Positions 51,010-62,974 of a stretch of DNA of 64,000 nt are shown here, one piece after another. The DNA is taken from NCBI RefSeq assembly GCF_036321535.1, contig NC_087439.1, positions 30,380,001 through 30,444,000 on the forward strand, written 5' to 3'. How positions within the stretch are numbered: the stretch's first letter is position 1; the number at the start of each line of letters is the position of its first letter. This DNA comes from Camelus dromedarius (lineage: Eukaryota). A model generated the notes under the pieces. The model searched no databases. It was not told the DNA's origin and saw only the letters and a program-made list of their open reading frames with translations. The position numbers and the translations under genes were made by a program.

Positions 51010-52779
51010 TTATTTTTATACTACAATATCTTTGGAATGCCTCATAAACAGAAACTAATAGTGACAACTCTGTCTCTGTACTAAACACAACCCTAGCAAC
51101 ACGTGATGCTAAGAAAAGCCAAGGCCAGTAACTGAGCACTTTCGAGAAGAATTTCTCATCCTGTTATCCCATCCAGGGTATATTGCTGGCCTCTTTCGGC
51201 TCAGCCATCACGGCCAACTTCAGTTACCCACAATTTGCTAAAATCCATAGATAATTCTTCAGTCATTTTTTTAAAAGAATTTCAACCTCTGTTCTCATCT
51301 TATCTCCTATTAGAATTTCCAGTAAGCAACAGAAATATGACTTGTTATACTTAGCTCTAAAGACAAAAAGACTGGCTTAAAATATGAGAGTGCTGGCAAA
51401 GAAATGACCAAATCATTTTGAAACTACGTATATATTTTAAATTCTTTTCTTTCTTTTTATTGAAACTTTTATATATCTGATCCAATGTTAATTGCTTTCT
51501 TGTTTTTGAATTTAAAAAGTTATTAACAAATGAAAAGACAACATAATGTCTGCACAATCTGAATTTTAAAAGTATAAATTTGGATTGGTCCTACACAGAA
51601 ATTACTGTAGTAAGCATTACCTTCATAAACAAAGTTTGGTCACTTCTCCCAAATAATGCCTTTCAGATTTTTAAAACCAAATAATATTGATCAATAAAAT
51701 ATAAATTAAGCATGTATTATGTACAAAGCAATAATCTACGTGTTCAAAATATATAAAGTAGTATCTCTGGATTCTAGGAGATTTATATCTAATTGAGGAG
51801 ATATATTTACTCTCCTATGAAATTTCAATGGACCCTCAATAGAACTGCAAAAGTTCTTATACTACACTAATCAAATTATTCATTCCATGAATGTCCATCT
51901 GCTAGAGGTTAGGGACTAGGTTATATTCTTTTTTTAATACCCAGTGTCTCATATAAGTAGCTAATTTGCATGAGGTAATATATGTTGAATCCATTCATAG
52001 AATGTGTGTAGATATCACACATATGTGCATATACGTATATGCATATATACAATACATAGATACTGATACAGAATTATTTAATTAATTGATTATTTATGTG
52101 GAATTTGGTGTGTTTGTAAAATCAGAAGTGAATAACAGAAGTAGTATAGCGTTTCCATCATGCCAATGTGGATAAAACAGGGCCCTGCCCAGTTTGTCCT
52201 GTGATGTTACAGTGCAAGTCATAAACTACAAAATATGTAAGAGGGAATTGGTTTGGTCTGCATTTCAGCTGAATCCCTGGCATAATAATGTTCTTTATTG
52301 CATTTTTCTGGACACACTTTCAAAGATTTTATCCATGAAGCAGATTTTGGCATTGCTACTTTTTACTGAGGTCCTGAAAAGACTGTAATACAAAGAAAGG
52401 TAACTTCCATCCAAATATGTATCTCTGTTTTACACAGAAATGTACCCTAAAACATGTAATATATATATCTTTTATTATCTGAATTATAAATTGTGAGGTC
52501 AAAAGACTGAAAAAGAGGTTCCAATTTATTTTTTCCAGCATGCTTAAAGGCAAATGTCCCTGAAAATTTGCACATCATGAGAATGGAATGTGCTCGGAAA
52601 TCAGCTGAAAGTTTAAAAAATGAGAGCTTTGCAGCTGTGTCTATGGGCTCGGGCTCAGTGACAGAGGACAGGTCCCCTTCTGGTCATCCTGCAAGTTCTG
52701 ATGAGCTCCCCGGGGAAGCACAGACAATACTCCCCATCCTGACAAAGCCCCGCGTAGGATACAGGTGTACAGTAGTAAT

Positions 52780-52901
52780 AAGATCTTACATTTGCACAGC
52801 ACAATATAATCTGCTTCTCACTACAATCATTTGAATTAGGCAGAAAGATCATTTTCCCCAGATTATAGACAAGGAAACCAAAATTTGGCAAGAGTTAGTG
52901 G
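52780..52901 (-). mobile_element. MIR SINE, left part (continues at 53808-53880 after the LTR)
   Basis: cattttccccagattatagacaaggaaaccaaaatttggcaagagtt, resuming as agtggcttgccaggtcccacagcagaaag after the LTR. Confidence 0.75.
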
Positions 52902-53807
52902 TATGAGACAAAAGAAAAATCTATGTATATTGGTCTCTGCCCCCGTTCCCAGCACAGAGCTCCTCTAACCCTTGTAGTTTCCTAAGTGATAAGAGCACTG
53001 GAAACATCTTTTGTTTTAATGTTTGGTCTTTGACCTGGTTCCCAACACCAAGCTCTTAAATCTCTTGGAATTTCCTGGGTGATAGGACTGTCTTCTGTTC
53101 TAACGAGGTGACTCTGGGTAGGCTCCTGGATGACTCCCCGACGGGGGCTGGTCACCAAGCCATGATTAGAAGCTTGAAATCTGAAGTCCCATCCCCGATC
53201 CTCCTGTAGGGAGAAGGGCTGGAAATGGAGTTAGTGATTGATTGTGCCTATGTGATGAAGCCTCCTTAAAACTCCCAGAAGTATGAGGTTTGGAGTTTGG
53301 GGGCTGGTAAACAACTGGAGGTTGTGGGAGAGTGGTGCATCGGGAGAAGGCATGGAAGTTCTGTGCCCCTTTCCATATACTTTGCCCTATGCATCTCTTC
53401 CATCTGGATGTTCATCTGTATCCTTTATCATCCTTTTAGAATAAACTGGTAAACAGTAGATAAACTGTTTTTCTGAGTTCTATGAACCACTTTAGTAAAT
53501 TAATTGAATCCATGGAAAGGGTCATGGGAACCTCAGATTTATAGCCTACTGGTCAGAAGCACAGATAACAACCTGGACTTGCGATTGACAGCCTTGTAGG
53601 ACTAAGCTCTTAACCTGTGGGATCTGATGCTCCTTCCAGGTAGACAGTGTCTGAATTGAGTTAAGTTGTTGGACACCCAGCTGGGGTCACAGAATTGCTT
53701 GATGTGGGAAAACCTCTCACACATCTGGTGTCAGAGGTGTGATGAGGGTAGTAGTTGTGTGAGAGTAAGGGAGAAACACAGGTAGAGGACTGAGGTTTTC
53801 CTACTCA
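52902..53807 (+). mobile_element. MER21-family solo LTR (906 bp)
   Basis: tatgagaca...tattggtctctgcccccgttcc...gggctggtcaccaagccatgattaga...aataaactggtaaac...gtttttctgagttct...ggacacccagctgg...cctactca. Perfect 5-bp TSD agtgg (52897-52901 / 53808-53812). Confidence 0.9.
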
Positions 53808-53929
53808 AGTGGCTTGCCAGGTCCCACAGCAGAAAGGGGTGAAACTGGAAACAGAACCTGTAGATTCTACCAAATCTCCTATAGAGGTCAGAGAATCTAC
53901 ATGTTTCCAGTCGTACTATTTCCTGACTA

Positions 53930-54090
53930 AGCGGCCTTCTACAAGTTTCTCAAGCTCTCTGAACTTGAGCAGCCTTGTCAATAAAATAGAATAAAAATCT
54001 CTCACATTGTTGCTCTGAGGGTGAAATAATGTGTGAAAAAAGTTCCATCAACAGCAAAGTGTTATTCAAAGTTCAAGCATACTTACTGTT
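53930..54090 (+). mobile_element. MIR fragment
   Basis: caagtttctcaagctctctgaacttgagcagccttgtcaataaaatagaataaaaatctctcacattgttgctctgaggg. Confidence 0.6.
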
Positions 54091-54374
54091 TTACTCCTCT
54101 ACAAACAGTAACTACAGATTTCCAGAAGCATCTAGTTTAGAGACCACCGGATGACAGCATGCCTCAATTCTGGGTAAGATTATACAGATGTCAGAGGCTG
54201 GGTGGTGCTGGGATCAGCCACGGGTTGGGTCTACTCCAGAGCAGACTTAGGACAACCTTGGAGGTGTCACACACATCCAGTCCTGCCCTACACCTTGATC
54301 CCTCATCCTAAAATTAATGTGGCTCCTTGAATGATTCTACTTAGAGCAACACATCCAAGTGCTAGAACCAGAAG

Positions 54375-54600
54375 CCATGGTGGAAGGAGGAGCAAAGATG
54401 TTGGTCAACATGGATCTGAGTCTGAATCTCTGACCTGCTGTTCACCAGTTCTTAGACAAGTTTATCAAAGTTTTAAAATCTCAGCTTTTCACCCTTAAAA
54501 TGGGAATTTTAATAATGTTTTGGAGGGCTGGAGTAAGTTTTAGATGGCACAGCATATGTGGAAGTGCTTTATGTGGTATGTGATTGATACTGTGTCCAGT
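54375..54600 (+). mobile_element. MIR SINE
   Basis: tggatctgagtctgaatctctgacctgctgttcaccag...tctcagcttttcacccttaaaatgggaat. Confidence 0.65.
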
Positions 54601-56082
54601 GAAGGGTAGATTCCATTCTCTTTTCCTCTGTTAGCATTTCCATGGTATTTCCATGAACAGAAATCTCTACCATAAGGCTATTTGTGAAGTTTTTCTTCAA
54701 ATTGCTGATTGGTTTTGTTGTGGTTGTTAATTAAAATAGCTGAAGGTTTTTTTTTTTTTTTTTTCTTTTTTTCTTGAATCTTGGTCTGGATCTGTGCCAT
54801 GCTGAAGTCCAGAAAGTTGAATTTTTGGTTTAATTCCAACATTATTCTGCTAAGTTATTATTTTTTTTTTAGAAAACAAATTGTTTTAATAATGTATGAG
54901 GTTTATAATGCATGTGTCTCACAGTTTGTAAGAAACAGAGCAAAACACCCCTAAGTGATAAAGTGTGTTTAATGTAGGTCAACAAATTACACTTCTCAAC
55001 CTTGGAATATATGAAATTTGATGGTTGGCTCTAGTCTGTACCTTGGCTGTGATTTACTCAGAAGTTCTGAAGGCTGGAACTCATGATAATGGCACATGAG
55101 CTCTGGCATGGCTAATTCACATGTAATTTTAAATCGGTCTTGAGTCAAAAAGTTCTCTCTGAAGTTTAATTACCACAGGTCATAAATGCATGGAAAGATT
55201 CACTCTGGTGCTTGAATTTCCCACTACTGCTGGGCTGGGCAGCACTAGTGCTCACTCACAGCCATCGGGGAACCTCATGGTGATGTGTAAATGTCACTCT
55301 CAGCCCCTCTTCTCAAGTACAGGAGCATATGTTGCAAAAGAAAGGCTCATTTGTTTATGAAGGTGACCTGTAGGTCAGTGGCCTGATGGACAATTCAATA
55401 AATGGACAGGTTGTCACAATAAAATGTAAATAATAGTAAAATAAAATAAACCTCATCAATGTGGTTCCAAGGAAATAGATGCCAGGCCAAGTTAAGACTG
55501 CCACATGAACAAGAAAAGTTTTATTTAAAAATATAGGAAACTACTATGACTTCAGGATAAGGAAGGAATCTTAAGACAAAAAAGCACAAACCATAAAGGA
55601 GAATATTGCTAACTTTTACTCCATTAAAGTTTAAAATGTCTGCATAACAAAAGGTACCAACAAACAAAGTCAGAAGACAAGCCACAGACTGGGATATGAT
55701 ATCTGCATACAACTGCCAAAAGATGAGCACCTGGATTAAATAAAGTAGTGCTATAGATGAATAAGACAAATTAATAGCCTAGTAGAAAAATGAGGAAAAG
55801 ATATGAATCACAGAAGAGGAAAAGTTTTTGCCCAATAAACACATGAAAAGATGTTCAGTGTGACCAATAATTAGGGAAATGCAGATGTAAACAGATTTGG
55901 TGAAATTTTAAAAGTTCAGCAAGTGCTGGGATGGATCTGGTGAAATGGAAAGTCTCTTGTTACTGAAGGGGAGTGCCAATTGGTAGAGGTACTTTGGGGA
56001 AGAAATATTTGGCATTATCTCCTAAGGTTGATGATATGCCTCCTCCTTAGCACAGCAATTCTATTCAAGAACAGAGCTTCCT

Positions 56083-56185
56083 GGGGGGTAGGCATAGTTC
56101 AGTGGTAGAATGAATGCTTAGCAATGTACAAGGTCCTGGGTTTAATCCCCAGCACCCCTATTAAAAAAAACAAAAGGAAAGAAAA
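56083..56185 (+). mobile_element. tRNA-Ala-derived SINE (Vic-1-like, short form)
   Basis: ggggggtaggcatagttcagtggtagaatgaatgcttagcaatgtacaaggtcctgggtttaatccccagcacc plus an A-rich tail. 16-bp TSD aagaacagagcttcct / aagaagagagtttcct. Confidence 0.9.
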
Positions 56186-56565
56186 AAGAAGAGAGTTTCC
56201 TGCAGTTGGTGCCCAGTGTGCTCTTCATGGGTCACACGGATGCTGAGATATTGATTCTGGAGGCTTGGGGACAGGTGGGAAGGAAAGGGCCTGCAGTGGC
56301 CTGAAGCCCCATATTGGTTTTCTCTGGACTCTCAACGAGGTGCCTCATCTGTTTCCATCAGTGTGCCATACCTGTATTTTCATTTTCTATGCAAGGAAAA
56401 AAATGGAGCAACACTGCCCAGAAACATGTGCCTTCAATTTCACAAGGAGATATTCATAAGCGCTATAAATATGTGACTACAGCCTTGCTTATGCTATGTT
56501 AAAAAACATGGTTACAGCATTGTTTATGATCACAAAGACTTGGAAACCACTCGAATATCCCATTC

Positions 56566-56845
56566 AAAGCTTGCTAACTCAGAAACGCCTTTCCTGAAGA
56601 AACTTTCTAAAGTTGCATGTCCTCTTCTGTTACCCTCCAACCCTTTTCTTTGCTTTTCATTCACTTCATAGATATTCTCAAAAGTGACATTCTGTTATAC
56701 ATTTATTTGTTTCTTATTTATCTCCACCACTAGATGTCAATTCCATGAGGCAGGAAACTATTTTATTCACTTCTATATCCTAAAAAAAAAAGCATGAAGT
56801 ATGAAGCCCAGGAGATACTCAAAATTTTTTTCAATATTGAATGAA
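56566..56845 (+). mobile_element. L2 3' tip nested in the L1
   Basis: ctccaccactagatgtcaattccatgaggcaggaaactattttattcacttctatatcc...attgaatgaa. Confidence 0.65.
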
Positions 56846-57251
56846 CATCCACTTTTCAATTTAACTGCATATACTTATGAAACAGAATACTACACAACAA
56901 TTAATATGTATGAATTAGGGTTCTATGTACCAACACAGAAATTTTCTTAAAAACATAATGTGCAAAAAAGCAGGTTGAAAATATGTATCATGATATAATT
57001 TTTATAAAAAGTGAAAACATGCCAAATATGCCTATGAATTAATAACATATATTCTATATGTACAATAGCATAAAATGACACACCAAATTCAGGAATTACT
57101 GGAGTTACTACATGGAACACAGCAGGGAAAAAAGAAAAGAAAGTGATACACAAGGCTTCAACTGTCTGGAATATTTTATTTCTTTTAAAAAATAACACAA
57201 GTATGGCAGATGTGTTAGTACTCAATGGATTTACTTAATGGATATACAGGG

Positions 57252-57395
57252 ATTTTTTTTTAAAAAATTGGGGGTAAGTAGGTAATTAGGTTTATTTATT
57301 TTTACTTATTTATTTTAATGGAGGTACTGGGGATTGAACCCAGGACCTCATGCATGCTAAGCAGCAGCTCTACCACTGAGCTATATCCTCCCTCC
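57252..57395 (-). mobile_element. Vic-1-like SINE, full form
   Basis: Minus strand: gaggatatagctcagtggtagagctgctgcttagcatgcatgaggtcctgggttcaatccccagtacctccattaaaataaataag...aaacctaattacctacttacccc, then poly(A). TSD gatatacagg / gatacacagg. Confidence 0.9.
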
Positions 57396-60206
57396 AGATA
57401 CACAGGCTTTTAAAATATATATATATTTTAGTATATTCTTGTATGTTTGAAAAATTCTATCATGTATATTTAATGAAAAAAATACTACTCACTTGGTAAA
57501 CAATTCATTTTGTGCTATAGTAAGGCAAACATTTGGAAGAAGTGGCAAACGAGTTCCTGGGACGTTTGCCTCTTCTGCAGCATGGATCAAAGCCTTCTTC
57601 CCATCAAACTTTCCTAAGTTTTAGTTAAGGGGCAAACTGGGGAAGTGGGCTCTCCCTCTACCATTGGAGCGGCTCAGACAGTTTCCGCCTCCCTGAAGAT
57701 GTCTTATAGGGCTTCTATAATGTGTGCTTTGTTCCACTTTCTGGCCCAGTCTCTGCATCCTGGAAGTCGAACAGAGTTTCCTCCTCTGACTGCTGGGATG
57801 TGCTGGGGCATGGCAGTAGCAGGGACTGTCATTCAAACAGGGCTGCAGCTGCTGTGATTCTGACACTGGGGGATGTGCACTTCAGCATCACGTCCCACTC
57901 TGATGCTAAACAGCCCTTTTTGGTCTTTTAATAGATTTTGGGGGGAGGAGGAATTGGAGGCTGAGGTTAGCTTGTTCACTGTGTGCCTGTCTCAGCCAGA
58001 CTGGCATCTGGCACCAAGCCTACCGTTTAGTCAGATGGTATTGTTTTCTGTTACACACACGCACACACAGAGCATGAGCTCAAGCCGTTCAAGCCATATG
58101 TCTCTGTGCCTGAAAGTGACACTGCACTGGCCAAAATTATATTTAACCACATTCTGAGATATAAGCTCAAAATACATGTTCATTGGCATCTATAATGTCA
58201 AATGAGGTTCAGTTTTTTCAAGATGGCAGTAGGATGGAGAGAGCAGATGAGACTCCCTTCAGATGATGTCTACTACCTTTAGTGAAAAGAACTTGCAAAT
58301 TGTGGTGAGAAGTTCAGTTCAACCAATTCTCATACAAAGAGGATTTGGAACCTTTCGGACTCTCGGTGGACCATTAATGCAAACTTCCCAAATCTCCCTG
58401 GCCCCAATGCCTAAAGATAGCTAGGATGAGCATAAAACTCAGCCCTCTTCTTCCACCCTTATGTGACTGTTCTGGATGAAAAACTCCCCAGAACGCATTA
58501 AGACCTGCCCTCTCACTCTCTATAGAAACTCCAGAAATTTCAGAACTATTAGAGCAGGGACTGACAACCTGGAACATAGCAACACCCATTTCTTTACAGA
58601 CTGACCATCACCGTCTTCACACTACCACGACAAGGTTTAGAAGTGCTGAAACCACACAGCCAAAAAGCCTAAAATAGTCACTCTCTGATCTTTATTGAAA
58701 AGGTGTGCTGACCCCTTGGTAATAAAATCCCGTGGTCAAGAGGACTGATTAGGTTGCATGTTATGGTCAAGAAATAGCAGGTCAAAAAGATGTTTCCATT
58801 CAGTTTATACCAGATGAGCAGCAAAACTGGGGGCCAAGTATGCTCCTCATTTATTTATTTTTTTAAAATTACAAAAATCAAAGAAGTACTCCTTCGTAGC
58901 ATAGTCCCTTTCTTGATTAGAAATTGTTCCCTGCTGTCCTATGATAACTTCCCTTAACATTTACAATGAAATAACACAGGACTTTAGTTTCTCTGTAACT
59001 CAGCCTCTTTGCTCAAGCTGTGGTGGCTTCCCAGACTTGTCACCCCACACCTGATGGCTGGAGGCCAAGACGACCATGACACTGGCATAGCCCAGTCTGG
59101 GCAGGCTGATGACACACAGCTAGTTAAATGCTCTTTCAAGGGCAACACTAACAAGCTTCCCCAAATAACAGGTCATTTATTCATCACCAGTTTGTGATTA
59201 TCACTGTCCCTTTTGTCTTAGAAGAACACTCAGGCAGATTCTCACTGGACACAGAAGGCAAATAAATACACTTCTTTATATGTCTATGCAGATCTATGAG
59301 TTCTAAAACCACTTGACTGATCCAAGCTGTAAGAAAATGATTATTTCAAAGAACTCTCCATTCATGACTTACTGTAGCTAATGATGTTGGTTTCCAGACA
59401 GCTTGTAACTACTGATATTATATGCAACATGATGTATTTGGCAAAGTTACTAACCCAAGAAAAATCTGCTCTGGGTAATCTGCTTTGTGGTGACTGGGCT
59501 GAGAGCAGGAGACTGGAAGTCATGTGACTCAGGGCAAGTCACTCAACCTCTTCAAATTTCAGTTTAGCTCTGGAAATGGGGAGTTTGGACTGAATACAAG
59601 AAAGTCATCTTCCTAGTCTACAAAGCACTTTCACAAGTGTTATTCTATGTTATCATTGTATGGTTTTTAGGTAAGTCATGAATCTCCACCATACTGAGAT
59701 GCCACTGAAGATGCTGGAACCGACTTGGGAGCCCTGCAATCATCTAGAAGTAGGTCAAAGTGCAATTCTTGTTTCCCATCTTGCTCTTCTTTATAATGAA
59801 GGTATGCTCCAGCATTAGAATATTTTAAGGGTTTGCATTATCTTTGTTTTTAATTATTAACCTATGCCCTCTGCTGGCTCATCCCCTTGGTGCACTCCTT
59901 CTAGGTAACTGGCCTCAGTTAGTTGCTGCCATTGGCCTAAGATTAGAGCAAAGCTAAGAAATCCTAGCAGACACAGTAAAAATACCTCCTGCCTTGGTGC
60001 CCCAGGCCGAGCTGAATGACAGCCCGATTCTGAGAATTACGAAATGGCCAGAAGGAGGCCCCTGCGGCGGCGTGCACGCGTTGTAGGTGCTTTCCTCCCC
60101 TTCCACTCAGTTAAACTTGGGGGAAGCATTTCACTTGTCTGAGCTCCTCCCTTTCCCAGGCAGCTCTGTTAATCCTGGTGGAGTCTCGGTGGTACAAACC
60201 TCAGAT

Positions 60207-60260
60207 ATATATATATATTTTATATTTTTATATATGTAAAAATATAAATAATATATATAT
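60207..60260. repeat. Pure A/T inverted repeat (24-bp arms, 6-nt spacer)
   Basis: atatatatatattttatattttta-tatatg-taaaaatataaataatatatatat; 22/24 complementary. Confidence 0.9.
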
Positions 60261-60264
60261 GCCC

Positions 60265-60437
60265 TTAGTGAATACTCCTTTGTCCCACTGAACTGCACTT
60301 ACAAAACACAAATTCAAAGTAAAATCATTAAGAATTTCAAGATGGCAACCACAGAGCGTTAGCCCCCAAGCATGGGATTCTTCTGAACCTGGAGCTCCAT
60401 GCAACTGTATTGACTAAATGCCCATGAAGCTGGTCTT
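60265..60437 (-). mobile_element. MER45-like hAT-Tip100 fragment
   Basis: cacttacaaaacacaaattcaaagtaaaatcattaagaatttcaagatggcaaccacagagcgtta...tgcccatgaagctggtctt. Confidence 0.7.
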
Positions 60438-60527
60438 CATGTCTGCATGAACCTGCCTCAGCCATCCTGCAACCACAAAGGAAACATGGCCAAGTTTGAA
60501 AAGAAAGACAAAAGCACTTGGGTTCTT

Positions 60528-61141
60528 CTCACCATATGATCCAATGATCCCACTCCTGGGCATATATCTGGAGGGAACTCTAATTCAAAAAGATACGTGC
60601 ATCCCAGTGTTCATAGCAGNNNNNNNNNNNNNNNNNNNNNNNNNNNNNNNNNNNNNNNNNNNNNNNNNNNNNNNNNNNNNNNNNNNNNNNNNNNNNNNNN
60701 NNNNNNNNNNNNNNNNNNNNNNNNNNNNNNNNNNNNNNNNNNNNNNNNNNCATTTACAGCATTATTGCAGAGAAAGAAAAATAACATATGATATCACTCA
60801 TATGTGGAATCTAAAAAAAAAAAAGAAAAAAGAGGACACTAATGAACTCATCTATGAAACAGAAACAGATTCACAGACATAGTAAACAATCTTATGACCA
60901 CTAAGGGAAAGGGGGTGGGAAGGGATTCATTTGGGAGTTTGCAATTTGCAAATGTTAACCACTATATAGAAAAATATATTAAAAAACACAAATTTCTTCT
61001 GTATAGCAAAGGGAACTGTATTCAATATCTTGTAATAACCTTTAATGAAAAAGAATATAATGAATATACGTATGTATATGCATGACTGGGACATTGTGCT
61101 GTACACCAGAAACTGGCAATTGTACTTCAATTAAAAAAAAA
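60528..61141 (+). mobile_element. 5'-truncated camelid-type L1 3' end spanning an assembly gap
   Basis: ccatatgatccaatgatcccactcctgggcatatatctggag...atcactcatatgtggaatct...gctgtacaccagaaactggcaattgtacttcaatt, then poly(A). 18-bp TSD aaaagcacttgggttctt / aaaagcacatgagtcctt (15/18). Confidence 0.9.
60620..60750. other. Assembly gap (131 N)
   Basis: Run of N. Confidence 0.99.
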
Positions 61142-61502
61142 AAAAGCACATGAGTCCTTGACATTATTAAGCTACTAAATTAACCAACCTTGGAAACTGC
61201 CTATATTCAAGAATTTTTGTTATAGGAGGTGATAAACCCTGTGTTTTAGAGGCCACTTTTACTTGGGTCTTTCATTAGTCACAATTGAAAGTACTCTAAC
61301 TGATAGGAAAGATCACACATTGATGAAAAAGGCTACAAAAGGGACTAGAATGGGGTAGTTAAGCTAGAGGAGTTTTGTTCTGACATTCAAATCTAGAGAC
61401 ACTCCCCTAGAGAATGCTATTTCTGCTTTTCCCCAAGCACTCTGAGGATATGAGTGGGCCAGTGTGTTCTTTGGAACCAAGCACAATGATGCCCTCACTT
61501 AC

Positions 61503-61570
61503 TTTCCACCCCCTCACACTCCTCCACTCTTAGAAGGCTTAACAAGTTCAAGTAGGACAGATATTGGAAA
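61503..61570 (-). other. Candidate exon (68 nt)
   Basis: Acceptor gttgtgtttattctgtatcatag| and donor AAA|gtaagt. One open frame, xFQYLSYLNLLSLLRVEECEGVEx. Confidence 0.25.
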
Positions 61571-62282
61571 CTATGATACAGAATAAACACAACACCCACA
61601 TTGATTTTAGGTACACAAGAATTGAGATGATGGAACGAGGTCACTGTGAGCTTCAGAGATAGTTTGAGGCAAAATAATAAAATAGATGAAGCTTGTTTCG
61701 GGCTCGCCTGCTCTGTAACAGAATTTTCCATCCTTCAGAGACCCTCCCCAATGTAAATATCTTGAGTTCTAGGTCATTCCTGCTTAAGGTGCTAACTAAT
61801 AAATTTAAGGTTATGTTTCACATAAAGGTTTGATTGACTAGCCCCTCAAGTTCCTTCAAACTTTGAGATTTTATGATTCTTCACTGGCTGCTCTGTGTCT
61901 CTCCTACATAGAGATCCTGGGACTGTAAACCTTTGGGGATCTCAAGAAATTCCAAGTCCATAAAACTGTTCCTTGAACTATGGGTTAAAAGAATAAATGA
62001 CATCCTCTGGAAAAAATAGCTTCAAGGAAAAGGCAGTATGAGAGAAGTAACTGAAGGGTGTACATGTGATAACACATCTGGAGGGAAAGCCATTCCATCT
62101 AGGAGACCGGCAGGCACACAGGCACAGATGTGCTTCCTTCTGCCTGAGGAAGTGGGATGTAATGCTTAGAAACTTCTTCACTCCTTCTCAGGAATGGTCA
62201 GCACTGTCCAGGCCTCTCAGACATTTCTAGAGACAAGAGCAGGGGTCTATAAATTATGGGTCACTTTTTTACTCTTACAAGT

Positions 62283-62704
62283 TGTACTGGGTAGAATAGC
62301 ATCTCCCCACATTTATGTTCTCCTGGAATATCAGAATGTGACCTTATTTAGACGTAAGTGTAGTAAGTTAAGATGAGGTCATTCTGGATTCAGGTAGGCC
62401 CTAAATCCAGTGAATGGTGTCCTTATGGGAAGGACTGTGAAGACCCACAGGGAAGATGGTGTTATGAAGATGGAGGCAGAGAGTGGAGGTATGCTGCCAC
62501 AAGCTGAAGAACACCAGGCGCAACCAGAAGCTGGAACCGACAGGGAAGAAGTCTTCCTCAGAGGATTCAAAGGGAGCATGGCCTTGCCAACACCTTGATT
62601 GTGGACTTATATAGCCTCCAGAACTGCAAAAGGATAAACTTCTGTTGTGTTGACCCCCCTGAGTCTGTGGAAATTTATTATGGCAGCCCTAGGAAACTAA
62701 TACA
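62283..62704 (+). mobile_element. MLT1B/C-type MaLR solo LTR
   Basis: tgtactgggtagaatagc...cagaatgtgaccttattt...taagatgaggtcattctggatt...gaagatggaggcagagagtggag...atggcagccctaggaaactaataca. Confidence 0.9.
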
Positions 62705-62974
62705 CAGGCCCCTCATGGGGGCCACTGACTACATGGAATGATAAGGCTTAAGAGCTGACCGCTGACTGAGCCTTCCAACTTCCTAAGGGGAAATGGACAA
62801 GGTACTTCCTCAACAGAACACCTGCTCGCCTCTGTGCATGGGGGAGCAGGCCTTACCTTTCCATCTAGAATAAGCCCATGAGGTGAGCGATATCAAACAG
62901 GATGCTGTCTCAAAGGTCAGCATTCCTGGCTGCGGCGTGCCTATGCATATGCCTCTGGAGCCGCCCACTCCTAC

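Larger units (their letters stand above)
55420..57500 (+). mobile_element. Old L1 (L1MC/ME-like) 3' region, interrupted by two SINEs and an L2 tip
   Basis: acaaagtcagaagacaagccacagactgggatatgatatctgca...aaacacatgaaaagatgttcag...ttagggaaatgcagat...cagcaattctattc...aaaacataatgtgcaaaaaagcagg. Confidence 0.75.

Noticed and set aside
57320-57392. Near-complete tRNA-Ala(AGC) sequence on the minus strand (similar heads at 8048 and 56083)
   Set aside because: It has an imperfect acceptor stem, a SINE-type 3' tail, poly(A) and a TSD, so it is a SINE and not a tRNA gene.
28010-61130. ORFs containing X runs, or lying in L1 3' ends (28010, 50762-51139, 60496-61130)
   Set aside because: These are artefacts of N gaps and of L1 ORF2 C-terminal or UTR remnants.
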